From NCBI RefSeq assembly GCF_009914755.1, contig NC_060931.1: a stretch of DNA of 64,000 nucleotides; one strand, 5' to 3'. Below are positions 14,401-29,126 of this stretch, piece by piece. The position numbers and the translations under genes are program-made. This DNA comes from the human T2T-CHM13v2.0 reference genome, Homo sapiens. The first letter of the stretch is position 1; every line of letters starts with the position of its first letter. The notes below the pieces were generated by a model. It was not told where the DNA came from. It was given only the letters and a program-made list of their open reading frames with translations, and ran no database searches.

Positions 14401-16808
14401 TTTTCTTTACTAGTCTGACTAATCTATTTTGTTGATCTTTTCAAAAAGCAGCTCCTGGATTCATTGATTTTTTGAAGGTTTTTTTGTGTCTCTATCTCCT
14501 TCAGTTTTGCTCTGATCTTAGGTATTTCTTTTCTTTTGCTAGCTTTTGAATTTGTCTGCTCTTGCTTCTCTAGTTCTTTTAATTGTGATGTTAGGTTGTC
14601 AATTTTAGATCTTTCCTGCTTTCTCTTGTGGGCATTTAGTGCTATTAATTTCCCTCTACACACTATTTTAAATGTGTCCCAGAGATTCTGGTACATTGTG
14701 TCTTTTTTCTCGGTGGTTTCAAAGAACTTCTTGATTTCTGCTGTCATTTTCTTATTTACCCAGTAGTCATTCAGGAGCAGATTGTTCAGTTTCCATGTAT
14801 TTGTGCAGTTTTGAGTGAGTTTCTTAATCCTGAGTTCTAATTTGATTCCACTGTGGTCGGAGAGACGTTTGTTATGATTTCCTTTTTTTTTTTTTGCATT
14901 TGCTGAGGAGTGTTTTACTTCCAATTATGTGGTCAATTTTAGAATAAATGATGTGGTGCTGAGAAGAATGTATATTCTGTTGATTTGGGGTGGAGAGTTC
15001 TGTAGATGTCTATTAGGTCTGCTTGGTCCAGAGCTGAGTTCACGTCCTGGATATCCTCGTTAATTTTCTGTCTCGTTGATCTGTCTAATATTGACAGTGG
15101 GGTGTTAAAGTCTCCCACTGTTATTGTGTGGGAGTCTAAGTCTCTTTGTAGGTCTCTAAGAACTTGCTCTGTGAATCTGGGTGATCCTGTATTGGGTGCA
15201 TATATATTTAGGATAGTAAGCTCTTCTTGTTACATTGATCCCTTTACCATTATTTAATGCCCTTGTCTGTCTCATTTGATCTTTGTTGGTTTAAAGTCTG
15301 TTTTATCAGAGACTAGGATTGCAACCCCTGCTGTTTTTCTTTTTTTTTTTTTTGCTTTGCATTTGCTTGGTAAATATTCCTCCCTCCCTTTATTTTGAGC
15401 CTATGTGTGTCTTTGCACATGAGATGGGTCTCCTGAATACAGCACACTGATGGATCTTGACTCTTTATCTAATTTGCCAGTCTGTGTCTTTTAATTGGGG
15501 CATTTAGCCCATTTACATTTAAGGTTAATATTGTTATGTGTGAATTTGATCTGGCCATTGTGATGCTAGCTGGTTATTTTGTCCATTAGTTGATGTGATT
15601 TCTTCCTAGTGTTGATGGTCTTTACAATTTGGTATCTTTTTGCAGTGGCTGGTATTGGTTGTTCCTTTCCATGTTTAGTGCTTCCCTCAGGAGCTCTTGT
15701 AGGGCAGTCCTGCTGGTGACAAAAGTCTCCCAGCATTTCCTTGTCTGTAAAGGATTTTATTTCTTCTTCGCTTATGAAGCTTAGTTTGGCTGGATATAAA
15801 ATTCTGGGTTGAAAATTCTTTTCTTTAAGAATCTTGAATATTGGCCCCCACTCTCTTCTGGCTTGTAGGATTTCTGCCAAGAGATCCCCTGTTATTCTGA
15901 TGTGCTTCCTTTTGTGGGTAACCCGACCTTTCTCTCTGGCTGCCCTTAATATTTTTTCCTTCATTTCAACCTTGGTGAATATGATGATTATATGTCTTGG
16001 GGTTGCTCTTCTCGAGGAATATCTTTGTGATGTTCTCTGTATTTCCTGAATTTGAATGTTGGCCTGCCTTGCTAGGCTGGGGAAATTCTCCTGGATAATA
16101 TCCTGAAGAGTGTTTTCTAACTTGGTTCCTTTGTCCCCATCACTTTCAGGTACACCAATCAAACATAGATTTGGTCTTTTCACCTAGTCCCATACTTCTT
16201 TGGGGCTTTGTTCATTTCTTTTCACTCTTTTTTCTCTAATCATATTTTCTCACTTTATTTCATTGAGTTGATCTTCAATGTCTGATATTCTTTCTTTCGC
16301 TTGATCGTTTCGTCTATTGATACTTGTGTATGCTTCACGAAGTTCTCATGCTGTGTTTTTCAGCTCCATCAGGTCATTTATGTTCTTCTCTAAACTGGTT
16401 ATTCTAATTAGCAACTTGTCTAACCTTTTATCGAGGTTCTTAGCTTCCTTGCATTGGGTTAGAACATGCTCCTTTTGCTTGGAGGAGTTTGTTATTACGC
16501 ATGTTCTGAAGCCTACTTCTGTCAATTTGTCAAACTCATTCTCCATCCAGTTTTGTTCCCTTGCTGGTGAGGAGTTGTTATCCTTTGTAGCAGAAGAGGC
16601 TTTCTGGTTTTTGGAATTTTCAGCCTTTTTGCACTGGTTTCTCCCCATCTTCAAGGATTTATCTACCTTTCATCTTTGAAGTCAGTGACCTTTGGATGGG
16701 GTCTCTGAGTGGATATCCTTTTTGTTGATGTTGATACTATTCCTTTCTGATTGTTAGTTTCCCTTCTAACAGGCCTCTCTGCTGCAGGTCTGCTGGAGTT
16801 TGCTGGAG
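11500..16808 (-). mobile_element. L1PA7-like LINE-1 with disrupted ORF1 and ORF2, most of 5'UTR missing
   Basis: ORF-track fragments of ORF1 (15566-16654) and ORF2 (11721-14924); 3'UTR ttctggggtacatgtgcagaag...gccatggtggtttgctgca. Confidence 0.95.
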
Positions 16809-19800
16809 GAGGGACAAGGCCTGAAAGCCCTGCTTGCTTTCTTAGCAGGGAGGCATGTAGCCTGGTTCAAGATCTCAGTCCTGAGCACCAGGGGCCTGGA
16901 TATAAACTTGGCTCTGTTTGCTTTTGGGGGAGCATGGGAGTGAGACTGGCCTTGCTGGCTGTTGGGAAGCTGGGTGAGGCCTGTCACTGCTGGCTTTTTC
17001 TTACTTCCCTGGCAACCTGTACAAAGCAGCATAGGCAGCCATAATCCCCCTTGGAACCAAACTCCATTGGCCTGAGAACCACCCCTCATCCCCCACAGTG
17101 ACCATAGCAAGCCTCGTCTGAGGAGAGTCTGAGCTCAGACATGCCTAACCCTGCCCCCACCTGATGGTTTTTCTCCACCTGCCACAGTAGCCAAAGACAA
17201 AAGACATAAACCCGTGGGAGCTCTACAGCCACATCCATCACCTGAGAGACTTGAATACTTATCCAGGTGACCTTAGGGCAAGCTTGTATCACCCCTATAC
17301 TACCACAACTGATGCCCTCTTGAAAGTGCCACCTTCTGGCTGGAGGCCAACCAACTCGAGCATTTACAAAAACTCATAACAAAACAAACCCTGTTCCAAG
17401 GAAGAAAATAATAGCTAATTCCACCACCTATAACATCCTGGCTAACCAGAGGTCCTGAGTCTGGACACGGGACAACTTCACTGTTAGCATAACCAGCATT
17501 TGAGATAACGAGCATGCTAAACAAAACTACAACCAAGGACTTTCACAGAGTCCACTTCACTCCCCTGCTACCTCCACCAGAACAGGAGCTGGTATCCATG
17601 GATGAGAGACCTGAAGATGGATCACATCACAGGACTCTTTGCAGATACTCCCCAGTACCAGCCTGGAGCCCAGTAGCTCCAATGGGTGGTTAGACCAAGA
17701 AGAGAAGTAACAATCACTGCAGTCCAGCTCTCAGGAAGCCCCATCCTTAGGGGAAGGGGAAGAGCACCATATCAAGGATCATCCTGTGGGACAAAAGAAT
17801 CTGAACAGCAGCCCCTGAGTCCCAGATCTTTCCTCTGACATAGCCTACCCCAATGAGAAGGAACCAGAAAAACAATTCTGGTAATATGACAAAACAAAGT
17901 TCTATAACACCCTCAAAGGTTCACACTTGCTTACCAGCAATGAATCCAAACCAAGACAAAATCTCTGAATTGCCAGAAAAAGAATTTAAAAGGTTAATTA
18001 TTAAGCTACTCAAGGAGGCACCAGAGAAAGGTGAAAACCATCTTAAAGAAATTGTTAAGAATGCAGGATATGGATAACAACTATCCAGAGAAATAGATAG
18101 CATAAATAAAAATCACAATTCCTGCAAATTAAGGACACACTTAGAGAAATATAAAGTGCATGGGGAAGTCTCAGCAATAGAATTGAACAAGTAGAAGAAA
18201 GAACGTCAGAGCTTGAAGACAAGGCTTTCAAATTAACCCAATCTGACAAAGACAAAGAAAAAACTTTTTTTAATGAACAAAGCCTCCAAGAAGTTTGCAA
18301 TTATGTTAAATTATCAAACCTTCCTGTTTCAGAGGAAGAAGAAAAATATCAAAGATTGGAAAACATATTTGAGGGAATAATCAAGGAAAACATCTTTGGC
18401 CTTGCTAGAAAACTACATATCCAAATACAAAGCTTCCCTGGCCTTGCTAGAGAACTAGATATCCAACACCCAGGAAATTCATTACAAAAAAAGTCATCAC
18501 CTAGGCACATAGTTAACAGGTTATATAAAGTCAAGAAGAAGGAAAGAATCTTAAGAGCTGTGAGGCAAAAGCATCAGGTAACCTATAGGGAAAACCTATC
18601 ACATTAAAAGCAGATTTCTCAGCAGAAACCCTACAAGCTAGAAGGCACTGGGGTCCTATCTTTAGCCTCCTTAAACAAAATAATTATCCAGCAAGAATTT
18701 TGTATCCAGCAAAACTAAGCTTCATAAATGAAGGAAAAATAAAGTCTTTTTCAGACAAACAAATGATGAGAGAATTCACCACTGCCAAGCCAGCACTACA
18801 AGAACTGCTAAAAGGAGTTCTAAATCTTAAAACCTCAAAATACACCAAAATAGAATCTCCTTAAAGGATAAATCTCACTGGGCTTATAAAACAATAACAC
18901 AATGGGAAAATAAACCAAGATATTCAAGCAACAATTAGCACAATGGATAGAATAATACCTCGAATCTCAATACTAACATTGAATGCAAATGGCCTGAATG
19001 TTCCACTTAAAAGATACAGAATGGCAGAATGGATAAGAATTCACCAACCAAGTATCTACTGTCTTCAAGAGACTCACCTAACCCATGAGGAATCACATAA
19101 ACTTAAGGTAAAGGTGTGGGAAAAAATTCCATGCAAATGGTTGGAAATGAGCAGGAGTAGCTATTCTTATAGCAGACAAAACAGACTTTAAAGCAGCAAC
19201 AGTTTAAAAAGACAAAGAGGGACATTATATAATGATATATATATATAGTGATATATATGACATTATATAATGATAAAAAGATTAGTCCAACAGGAAAATA
19301 TCACAATCCTAAATATATATGCACCTAACACTGGAGCTCCCAAATTTACAAAACACTAACAAATAAGATAGACAGCAACACAATAATAGTGGGGGCTTCA
19401 GTACTCCACTGACAGCACTAGACAGGTCATCAAGACAGAAAATCAACAAAGAAACAATGGAATTAAACTATACTGTAGAACAAATGGAATTAACAAATAT
19501 TTACAGAATATTCTACCCAACAACTGCAGCATACACATTCTATTCATCGGCACACAGAACGTTTTCCAAGATAGACCATATGATAGGCCATAAAACAAGT
19601 CTCAATAAATTTAAGAAAATTGAAATTATAGCAAGTACTCTCTCAGACCACAGTGGAATAAAATTGGAAATCAACTCTGAAAGGAACCCTCAAAACCATG
19701 CAAATACATGGTAATTAAATAGCCCTGCTCCTGAATAATCTTTGCATCAAAAATGAAATCAAAATGGAAATTAAACAATTCTTTGAACTGAATGATAATA

Positions 19801-20183
19801 GTGATACAACCTATCAAAACCTCTGGGATACAGCAAAAGCAGTAAGTACTAAGAGGAAAGTTCATAGCATTAAATGCCTACATCAAAAAGTTTGAAAGAG
19901 CACAAATAGACAATCTAAGGTCACATTTCAAAGAACTAGAGAAGCAAGAACAAACCAAACCCAAACCCAGCAAAGGAAAAGAAATAACAAAGATCAGAGT
20001 AGAACCAAATGAAATTGAAACAAAAAATACAAAAGATTAATGAAACAAAAAAGTGGTTCTTTGAAAAGATAAACAAATTTGATAGACCATTAGTGAGATT
20101 AACCAAGAAGAGAGAAGATACAAAGAAGCTTGATTAGAAACAAAACTGATACCACAGAAATACACAAGATCATCCAAGGCTAC
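16809..20183 (+). mobile_element. L1PB (L1PBa-type 5'UTR, ORF1, EN part of ORF2), truncated at both ends
   Basis: MRRNQKNNSGNMTKQ ORF1 start at 17853; EN motifs LTLNANGLN and CLQETHL from 18943; stops abruptly at catccaaggctact. Confidence 0.9.
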
Positions 20184-20189
20184 TGCTAC

Positions 20190-20795
20190 TATTCCACCCT
20201 ACTAGCCTACTTTCTATTCCCCATGATCACTAAACCTTTTTTCCTTGTTATGTATCAGGTATGATCTCTCTTCAGGTCTTCATGTCAGACAACTTTCATC
20301 CTCTGTGTCTCCTCAGACTAGCTTTTCCTGACCAATCTGTCTAAAGATGACTCTCCCAGGTATTCTCCATCTTATTAATCCATTTATTTTCTTTGCATAG
20401 GTTTTTAAAAACTATGTTATCTTGCTAGTTCTTTGTGGTCTACTTCAGAATCAGCAAATTTTTTTCATGAAGGATGAAGTAGTGAATCTTTTAGACTCTG
20501 TGGTCCATATGGTCTCTGTCACAACAACTCAAGTCTGCCACTGTTGTGTGAAAGCAGACATAAACAAAACATAAACAATTGGAAATGGCTATGTTATGAT
20601 AAACATCTGTTTACAAAATCAGGCAGCCAGTCAGATTTGGCTCATAAGCTGGAGCTCATCATTCCTGGTCTATTGTATCTCCTACCTCTCTAGCCCATGA
20701 GACGAAGATATCCTGTAGATCTTCCTTACTTTTGTATTTCCAGTGCCTAGCAAATTGGCTGGTCAATAGCAATGGACAGTATTTGCTGAATAGGT
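20190..20795 (+). mobile_element. L2 3' fragment (interrupted by MER58A)
   Basis: ...tgtatttccagtgcctagca...tatttgctgaatag resembles the L2 3' terminus. Confidence 0.6.
20446..20667 (+). mobile_element. MER58A hAT-Charlie MITE
   Basis: cagaatcagcaaatttt...ggtctctgtcacaacaactcaagtctgccactgttgtgtgaaagcag...cctg; 8-bp TSD gtctactt/gtctattg. Confidence 0.85.
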
Positions 20796-21232
20796 AAAAT
20801 TTTACTTTACGATAAGCATAAATTCAATTAGCTATCTTTTTTACTTTTTGAAGAACTTGAGCATCTGTTTTTATAAATGATGGTTTTTATTTATAAATAT
20901 GGATGCTATTAGCAACTTATGGTATTAAAATATTTGGAGAATTTTTTCTTATTCTTCTATACTGTGAATAGTTTGAGTAACAGGATATTCTATTCTTGGG
21001 AAGTTACATAAAATAGATATATAACTATACTGGACTGTCATCTTTTTAATTATAGATGAAAAAATGTTTCTTGATTTGTTCTAAATTTTCCAATTCTTTT
21101 TAAGGCAATAATTAAAATTTTTCTTAGTAGAAAAACCCTCATTTTTACCCCCACTATACCCCCATTTTGGAGTTTGAGATATATTTCTACATAGTTTGGA
21201 AGATATTTCTACAAAGCAGCATATAAAATATT

Positions 21233-21723
21233 TACTATAGATTGCAAAAATGGACAAAATTCTTTGCAACTGTTTCTGTCACCAAGAAAGGAAATCTATT
21301 TCCTCACTGTTTGAACTGGAGATGGCCTTGTGATTTACTTTGGCCAAAGAATGTGGCAGAAATGGTGTTCTATAAATTCAGAACCTGTAACTCAAGAAGA
21401 TATATGGTGTCTGCTCATGACCTCCAATTGAACAAGCCCAGGTATATTAATGGAGGATAAGAGACAAAGCAGGGAGTGGCCCTGCTCAGCTAGTTTATGT
21501 CAGCTGAGGTCTCCATAAACCAGCCAGTCTCAATTGTTCCATGAGCTGACTGCAGGAACCTAAGCCCAGCAGAGATCAGATCTCAGTCTAGAGCAGAAAA
21601 ATCACCCAGCTGGATCCAAGCTCAAGTCATATTGACAGACTGCTGAATTATGAGTTAAGTAAATGTGTTGTTTTAAACACTTACAGTAGAAGATGGTTTG
21701 TTCTCTAACAGAAACTAATATAC
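21233..21723 (+). mobile_element. MLT1 (MaLR) solo LTR
   Basis: tagattgcaaaaatgg...ggccttgtgatttactttggccaaagaatgtggcagaa...gttgttttaaacac. Confidence 0.75.
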
Positions 21724-21854
21724 CCTTTAATTTATTTCAAGCTTTAAGTGTAATAATTTTCTTCTCCTTTTATATTTTCTTTTTGTTACTTCAGTTACTA
21801 TTGTTGTTCTTTTGCCCAGTTTACCAAATTAAATATTTATTTCATTCAATTTAG

Positions 21855-22161
<307 letters not shown>

Positions 22162-24149
22162 TGAAGCATTTTTTAAGCAGAAAATTAGCTGTATTATTTT
22201 AGGTTTTTATTTGATACGTTTTTTCCATTACTGTCTTGGTGATTTTACATTTCATTTTTAAAATCCTATTTCTTCTTGAGATCATTTTAAAGAGTATTTT
22301 CCATTATAAAGCAGCTAAGTTTATATTGTTTTTTATAATTGGTTTTAGTTTTTCACATTTAGTGAAAGAACATAATTGCTCAATCTATTCATTTTAAAGA
22401 TTTCCAACTTTTTATCTGCTCATTTTCAGATTGATTTTTATAATTGTTCTATGTATTAAAAAATAAGAAATATATAGTGATTGATATAGACAGATATAAA
22501 ATATCATATGTATGTAATTCATTTGGTTATTGTTTTGTTCAAGATCTCTATTCTTAGTTATTTCACAAATAAATATTAATACTAGTGATTGTTGTATCAA
22601 TTTTTATTTTACCTTTTATCACTATAAATATCCTTTTTGTTGGATACTTTTGAATTCTACTATATCAATATTAATATCATCGTAATTTTTAAATTTGTGT
22701 TTGCCTAATATTTTTCTTCATCCCTTTATTTTCATCCTTTGTTTGTGCCTTATGGTGAGTATATGGCTAGATTTTATTTCTTAAACAGATGTGAGAGCCT
22801 ATCTTTTCTTGGGGAAATTTAATGAAATCAATTAATGTTTGGTTTTGTTTTACCGAGCTTATTTTATATTTATTCTTTCATATAATTTGCTATAGCTTTC
22901 TTTTCCTGTCCCATGTTTCTTTTATCCATCTCTTTAAAAATTATTTTTCCCTTAGTAATTTATCTATTACGTAGACTTATTTTAATTGATCAGATTTAAA
23001 CCACTAGGTGATAGGCCAAAGGAGATATTAACTTTTGTGTTACTCTGTTTAATTCCCTCTTGGGCCATTCTTAGCTTTCTGATGCTGGGGATTGCTATAC
23101 TCTGACTGATCTAGAAAGCGAAGCTATGGAGGCAAGATATCCACTTTGATAATACTCTGGGTCCTTTAGACATCCTAAATGAATGTAGGAAGAATGAGCT
23201 AATGGGGAAGAGAACTAGAGAGAGAAGAATTTCCTCCCTCAGAAAGTATCTGCAATGAGGAGGTGGTTTCCAGCCGGTTTCCGTGTTGCTGGCCCCCTTC
23301 CTGTCAGAGGGCTGCATCAATTCCCTATTGCACTGTTCAGGGCAAAAGGTCAAGCGTTCATTGGCTATGATTAGAGTTGTTTAAACCTTAACATCTGCTT
23401 GTAATTAGTGTAAATCCTTCCAAGATTTTGATATATGATGAATTCTAATCCTTAGTTTCCAGAGGCATTGCACATGTTTTTCTAATTTATGTTTTCATAG
23501 ATATTTCATAACATGTATTGGGGTTTTTGTTGCCATTGAAAAAGTAACACACAATATTGCCTAACATTTCTAAAATGCAGAAAAGCCCCCCTCAAAAGAA
23601 ACTACCCATAATTTATCTACAGGAGACAATCACTATTATTAGATTTTTTGTGTGTATTGTTTAAATTCTAATTTTATGGCTATTTTTATAAAGCTAGATG
23701 CAATTTGTAAACTGTTCTATATTTTTATATCTATATATCATGAACATTTTCATCCATTTAATATTCTTCAACAGCATAATTTTTGTTGCTACTTAGTATT
23801 CCATCTATAATTCCCAGAAAATTATTTTCAAATTTATCAGTAGATTTGTGCTGGAAGCAAAAGTTAGCATCCATAGACATTAATCCAACTTCTGAAAGGT
23901 AGTGCAATTCTCAGCTAATCAGAATACCAAGGTTAGTAAGGTTACCTTAACCACCAGAATTCATAGCTTAATTCCTTCACTTAGTCAAGGCATAATAATT
24001 ACATAGTTCAATAAGAGAAAAAACTGCTCCTAAATAACACTCCTGGATAAGTTCCCAAATTTCCTATTTGATAATACTGAGTTTGGGCTATTTCCCTAGG
24101 TGTATGAATATTATGTATTACATATTGTACAAAGAAAGAAGGCTTTCTT

Positions 24150-24468
24150 TTCTTTTTCTTTCTTTCTTTCTTTTTTTTTTTTTTTTTTTTTTTTTCCTTT
24201 TTCTCACTCTGTCGCCAGGCTGGAGTGCAGTGGCTGATCTCGGCTCAGTGCAACCTCCATCTCCCGGGTTCAAGCAATTCTCCTGCTTCAGCCTCCCTAG
24301 TAGCTGGGATTACAGGTGCATGCCACCATGCCCAGCTAATATTTGTATTTTTGGTAGAGACGGGGTTTCATCGTGTTGGCCAGGATGGTGTGGATCTCTT
24401 GACTTTGTGATCCGCCCACCTCGGCCTCCCAAAGTGCTGGGATTACAGGCATGAGCCACCGCGCCTGG
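24150..24468 (-). mobile_element. AluS
   Basis: Alu reverse complement with long T tract; TSD aagaaggctttcttt. Confidence 0.93.
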
Positions 24469-25204
24469 CAAGAAGGCTTTCTTTCAACAGCATATCTTAC
24501 TAGGATATAACCTCGATACTGAAAAACACTAGTTGATATGTGAGTAAACTCTCAATGAGAATGCCCCATAGGCATTCATATTTCCTAATGCCACAAGAAG
24601 CAAGAGGATAAGTAAACAAAAAGATATCATGTATCACTCTGGTTACAGGACAGCCAGTTCCTAGATATAGCTTGTAAGACTGAGATTACAGGTTATCCAC
24701 AAAAGACGTTCGTCTAATTTCAACCAGGAGCTAAAATTCACTGTAGTCCACAAACAAAACTTAAAGAGCATGAGTCAACACAAAAAGCATGGGGAGCCCT
24801 CCTAAAACACCGGAGATCTTCGTTGCTTCAGTTTGGGAACCAACGAATCACAGAAAACAGGAACTCATGTGCTGGTATTTTCTCTTCACCTTTTAGTATT
24901 CTCTGGACTGTGCATATATCTACTTTCTCATCCTTAAATTTGTTTATTTGTGCTTACTTTTTTGATTTTGATTAGATTATGTAGAGGATATTACATTTTA
25001 TCTCTATTTTTTAAAAATCATCACTTTAAATGTTTCTTTGCTAAAACTTTATTTCAAATTTATGTTAAAGTTGAATGAATACGATAGGAAACCCATACAT
25101 GTCAATTACCCAAATTCATCATTGTTTATATTTTGCCCCATTTGTTGTATTATTTTTATACATGTATATTATATAGAAAATATGTATCATATATATATAT
25201 ATAT

Positions 25205-25482
25205 TTGAGATGGACTTTTGCTCTTGTCACCCAGGCTGGAGTGCAATGGCGTGATCTTGGCTCACTGCAACCTCAGTGTCCCGAGTTCAAGTGATTCTCC
25301 ACCTCCCAAGTAGCTGGGACTACAGGCATGTGTCACTATGCCTGGCTAATTTTGTATTTTTAGTAGAGATGGGGTTTCACCATGTTGGCCAGGCTAGCCT
25401 CGAACTCCTTACCTCAGATGATCCACCCACCTTGGCCTCCTTAAATGCTGGGCTTACAGGCATGAGCTACCGTGTGCAGCCG
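25205..25482 (-). mobile_element. AluSx-like
   Basis: Alu reverse complement; tail converted to (TA)n. Confidence 0.9.
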
Positions 25483-26484
25483 TATGTGTATTTTTAGTAC
25501 TAGTCTATATTCTGTATTTTTCTGAATTATTTATGAGTAAATTGAAGATACCATGCCTATTTTTCTCTACTTCACTGGTATTTCCTAAGAACAATGATAT
25601 TTTCTTACTTAACCACAGTATAACTATACTGCGATATAAAAATAATTTATGGGTGAAACAAAACACATTGTCACATCTTCTTATTTAGGACATTACACAT
25701 TGGTACACTATTTTTGAATCAGTAGTCCATATTCAAATATATCTATGCCTCAATGATCTCCTTCATAGCAATGGAGCACAGTGGTGTGATCACAGCTCGT
25801 TGCAACCTCCATCTCCCAGGTTCAAACAATCCTTCCACCTAAGATTTCCATCTCTCTGGTTTTTCTTGAGCCTGGAAGAATTTCTCAGCCTTTTTTTTCT
25901 TTTTAAACCTTCCTTGACTTTGCAATTTTAAAGAGAGCAGGGCAGTTACTTTGAAGAATGTCCTTCAAGACAGCTTTGTCTGATCTTTCCTCATTAGATT
26001 TGTGTTATACATTTTGGTATCAATATCATGGAAATGACGTTGTGTCATTATCAGTGCAAAACGTAAGGAGTAACATGATGTTGGTTTGTTCCTAAAACAT
26101 TGATGTTAGTTTTGATCACTCAGTCAGGGCGGTGTTTACAGGTTTCTCTGCTGTAGAGTAATTATTTATCTCTCTGTCAGAAATAAGTAATTTGATAATA
26201 TGAGGCTGTGAAAATATCCTGATTTTCTGCAGCAGGATAATGTTGAATCCCATCAACATTTACTTATTTTAACATCTTGATTTTTAACTCAATCACTCCT
26301 ACTGCATTTATTAATATTCTGTTGTATGAAGGGTATTCATTCTCTCCTTTTTACTTATATCTGTCTGGTCTCATGGATTCTAATTTTATTACCTTGGTTA
26401 TAATTCATTACTATCATTATTTCTTTTGATCTACAACTTATCCCAAAGTTAGCTGGGATAATCCTCTTGAAACTGTCTTCTTCT

Positions 26485-27420
26485 TCTTTTTTTTTTTTAA
26501 TCTTCAAATTGTATTGCATTTTTACTAGCTCTATTAACTGTTTCCTGTTGTTAAATATGTTTTCATGAGTGCCCATTGGTACATTGAATTGTGATGTATA
26601 GGAGATCCCTCATTAAATTTCAACCTTTTGCTCCAAGGTGCCCAATCAGAATTATCTTGACTTGATAAGAAATTTTCTGCAGTAGAAAATAATTTACAGG
26701 TGAAACAGAACACATCGTCACATCTTCTTAAACACACTAACCCTCTCTCTTGCCTTTCACCATTTGTTAGCTTTTACTGGAGTAGTTTGTGCAAAAGTGC
26801 CTATTTTTATCTTTAGGATAACTGTTTTCTACGACATGGGAGGAGGACCTTATTGTATTAATTAATGTTTTAATAGCACAACTCTAGTGTATGGGCCTTG
26901 GGTCTGTGTCATCCATCACAAACTTTTGATTTTCAGTAACTTTTCACTTTCACTCACTGTAAGACTTTGTAGATCTTTATTCTCTATACGTTCTATGTTT
27001 TCATTTCGAAAATATTAACAGGATTTTTTTGGGGTTCATCTATGCATTTGTAAATATCCAAAGATGATATAATTTTCTCCAAGATTTCCATCCCAGATAT
27101 ACTAGAAAAAGTGGAAGAAGAGTCCAGACCTGCTTATATAAATTTGTGATGATAATTTCTCTGTTGCTTTTCATTTTCCTCTTGATGAATTTTTCTAACC
27201 CTTTTTGCATGTATCTGGAATCCTTTTTTCCATAGCCTATATTGTGGCTTTGTCATGGTAGTTGTTTTATTTATTATTTAGATGCATTCTGGAAAAGCCT
27301 GCTGAAGACACCTAAGAACCAGTATTTGTTGGAGACTGTGCTCCCTAGGAAGCCTTTCTCAGCTCCTGTCACTGCTTCTCAGCCTTTCTATTCCTCAGTG
27401 GGGACAAGAGCTGTGGTCCA
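26485..27420 (-). pseudogene. PolyA-tailed retrocopy of a hAT (Tip100-type) transposase N-terminus with TTF zinc finger
   Basis: Minus strand: ~160 nt leader, accATG at 27256, then MTKPQYRLWKKGFQIHAKRVRKIHQEENEKQQRNYHHKF...YPKDKNRHF...KLTNGERQERGLVCLRRCDDVFCFTCKLFS...DW...KRLKFNEGSPIHHNSMYQW, then A tail (T run ~26487-26498); interrupts the L1MC. Confidence 0.7.
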
Positions 27421-28221
27421 TGACTCTACTGAGGCACCTTTTTATTAAACACTTTCTTACTTTCTGGTGGAATGAGGTGTTTCAGACTTATCTTGAACTT
27501 TCTCTATCCCAGGCCTGGAGTCCACCATTTTCCCTAGGAATCCTGGTTTCTTTTAGTGGAGAAGAGTATTTAGATACCAAGATCTACATGTTAAGTGTGT
27601 TCATTACTATACATGTATCGTTGCTGCTAGTGCCTTTTGGCAAAGAGAGCTAGGGAATCTTGACCTGTATATCTTTCTACATCTACATCTATACACTATT
27701 TCTATATCTAAATAAAAAACTATGAGTTCCAATTCCAATTCAATATCATGGGGCACCTTTTTGTTCTCCCATTTCCATAGTTTTATTCCTTTTTCACTCT
27801 TCCAAACAGTGAGAAACCAGAATCCTATTAGCCTTTATATTTTTACTAATTTTTCCAAGTCTAGAACACACATAACTTAGCTTCAGAATTATTAACCTAT
27901 ACCTCTGAGAAAAGCAAACCTACTTGTAAGAACCTTGTTCACAGTTTTATTTGTTTTTAGGTAAAATTTATGTACAGTAAGCTGCATAAAACCTAAGTCT
28001 ACCAATTGATGAGTTTTGACAAATGCAAACATACATGCAATCTGCATCCTAACAAAATAAAGAAGATTTTTATCACTTTCCATCATTTTCTGTCAAGTCC
28101 CCTCAGGCCCTTGTCCAGTCAAGTCTCACACCCAACACATACAGGCAAGTGACATTCTGATTTTTTCCCACCATCTATTAGTTTTGTCTGATATGAAATT
28201 TAGTATGTTTAAATGGAATCA

Positions 28222-28371
<150 letters not shown>

Positions 28372-28689
28372 TCATACAGTATGTATTCTTTTCTGTTCAA
28401 CTTCTTTCAGCCTAATGTCTGTGAGATTCATTCATGTTGTCATATGCATCACTATGAAAGAATAAATTATTGGATTTATTTATAATTTTATTTTTCTTAT
28501 AATTTAAAATTCTTTTACCTTTATTAATTTCTCATTTCTATTGTCTTAGGAATTGATATTTTTTAACTCCTTGAATTTAGCTTATTTTATTTACTTTCAA
28601 TTCTACCCTCTTCCTCCTTACTATGCCAAAAGCATATTTAGAATTATTGATATAAATTTTGTCCCTGGGTCTCCCTAAGGTTATATCTT

Positions 28690-29126
<437 letters not shown>

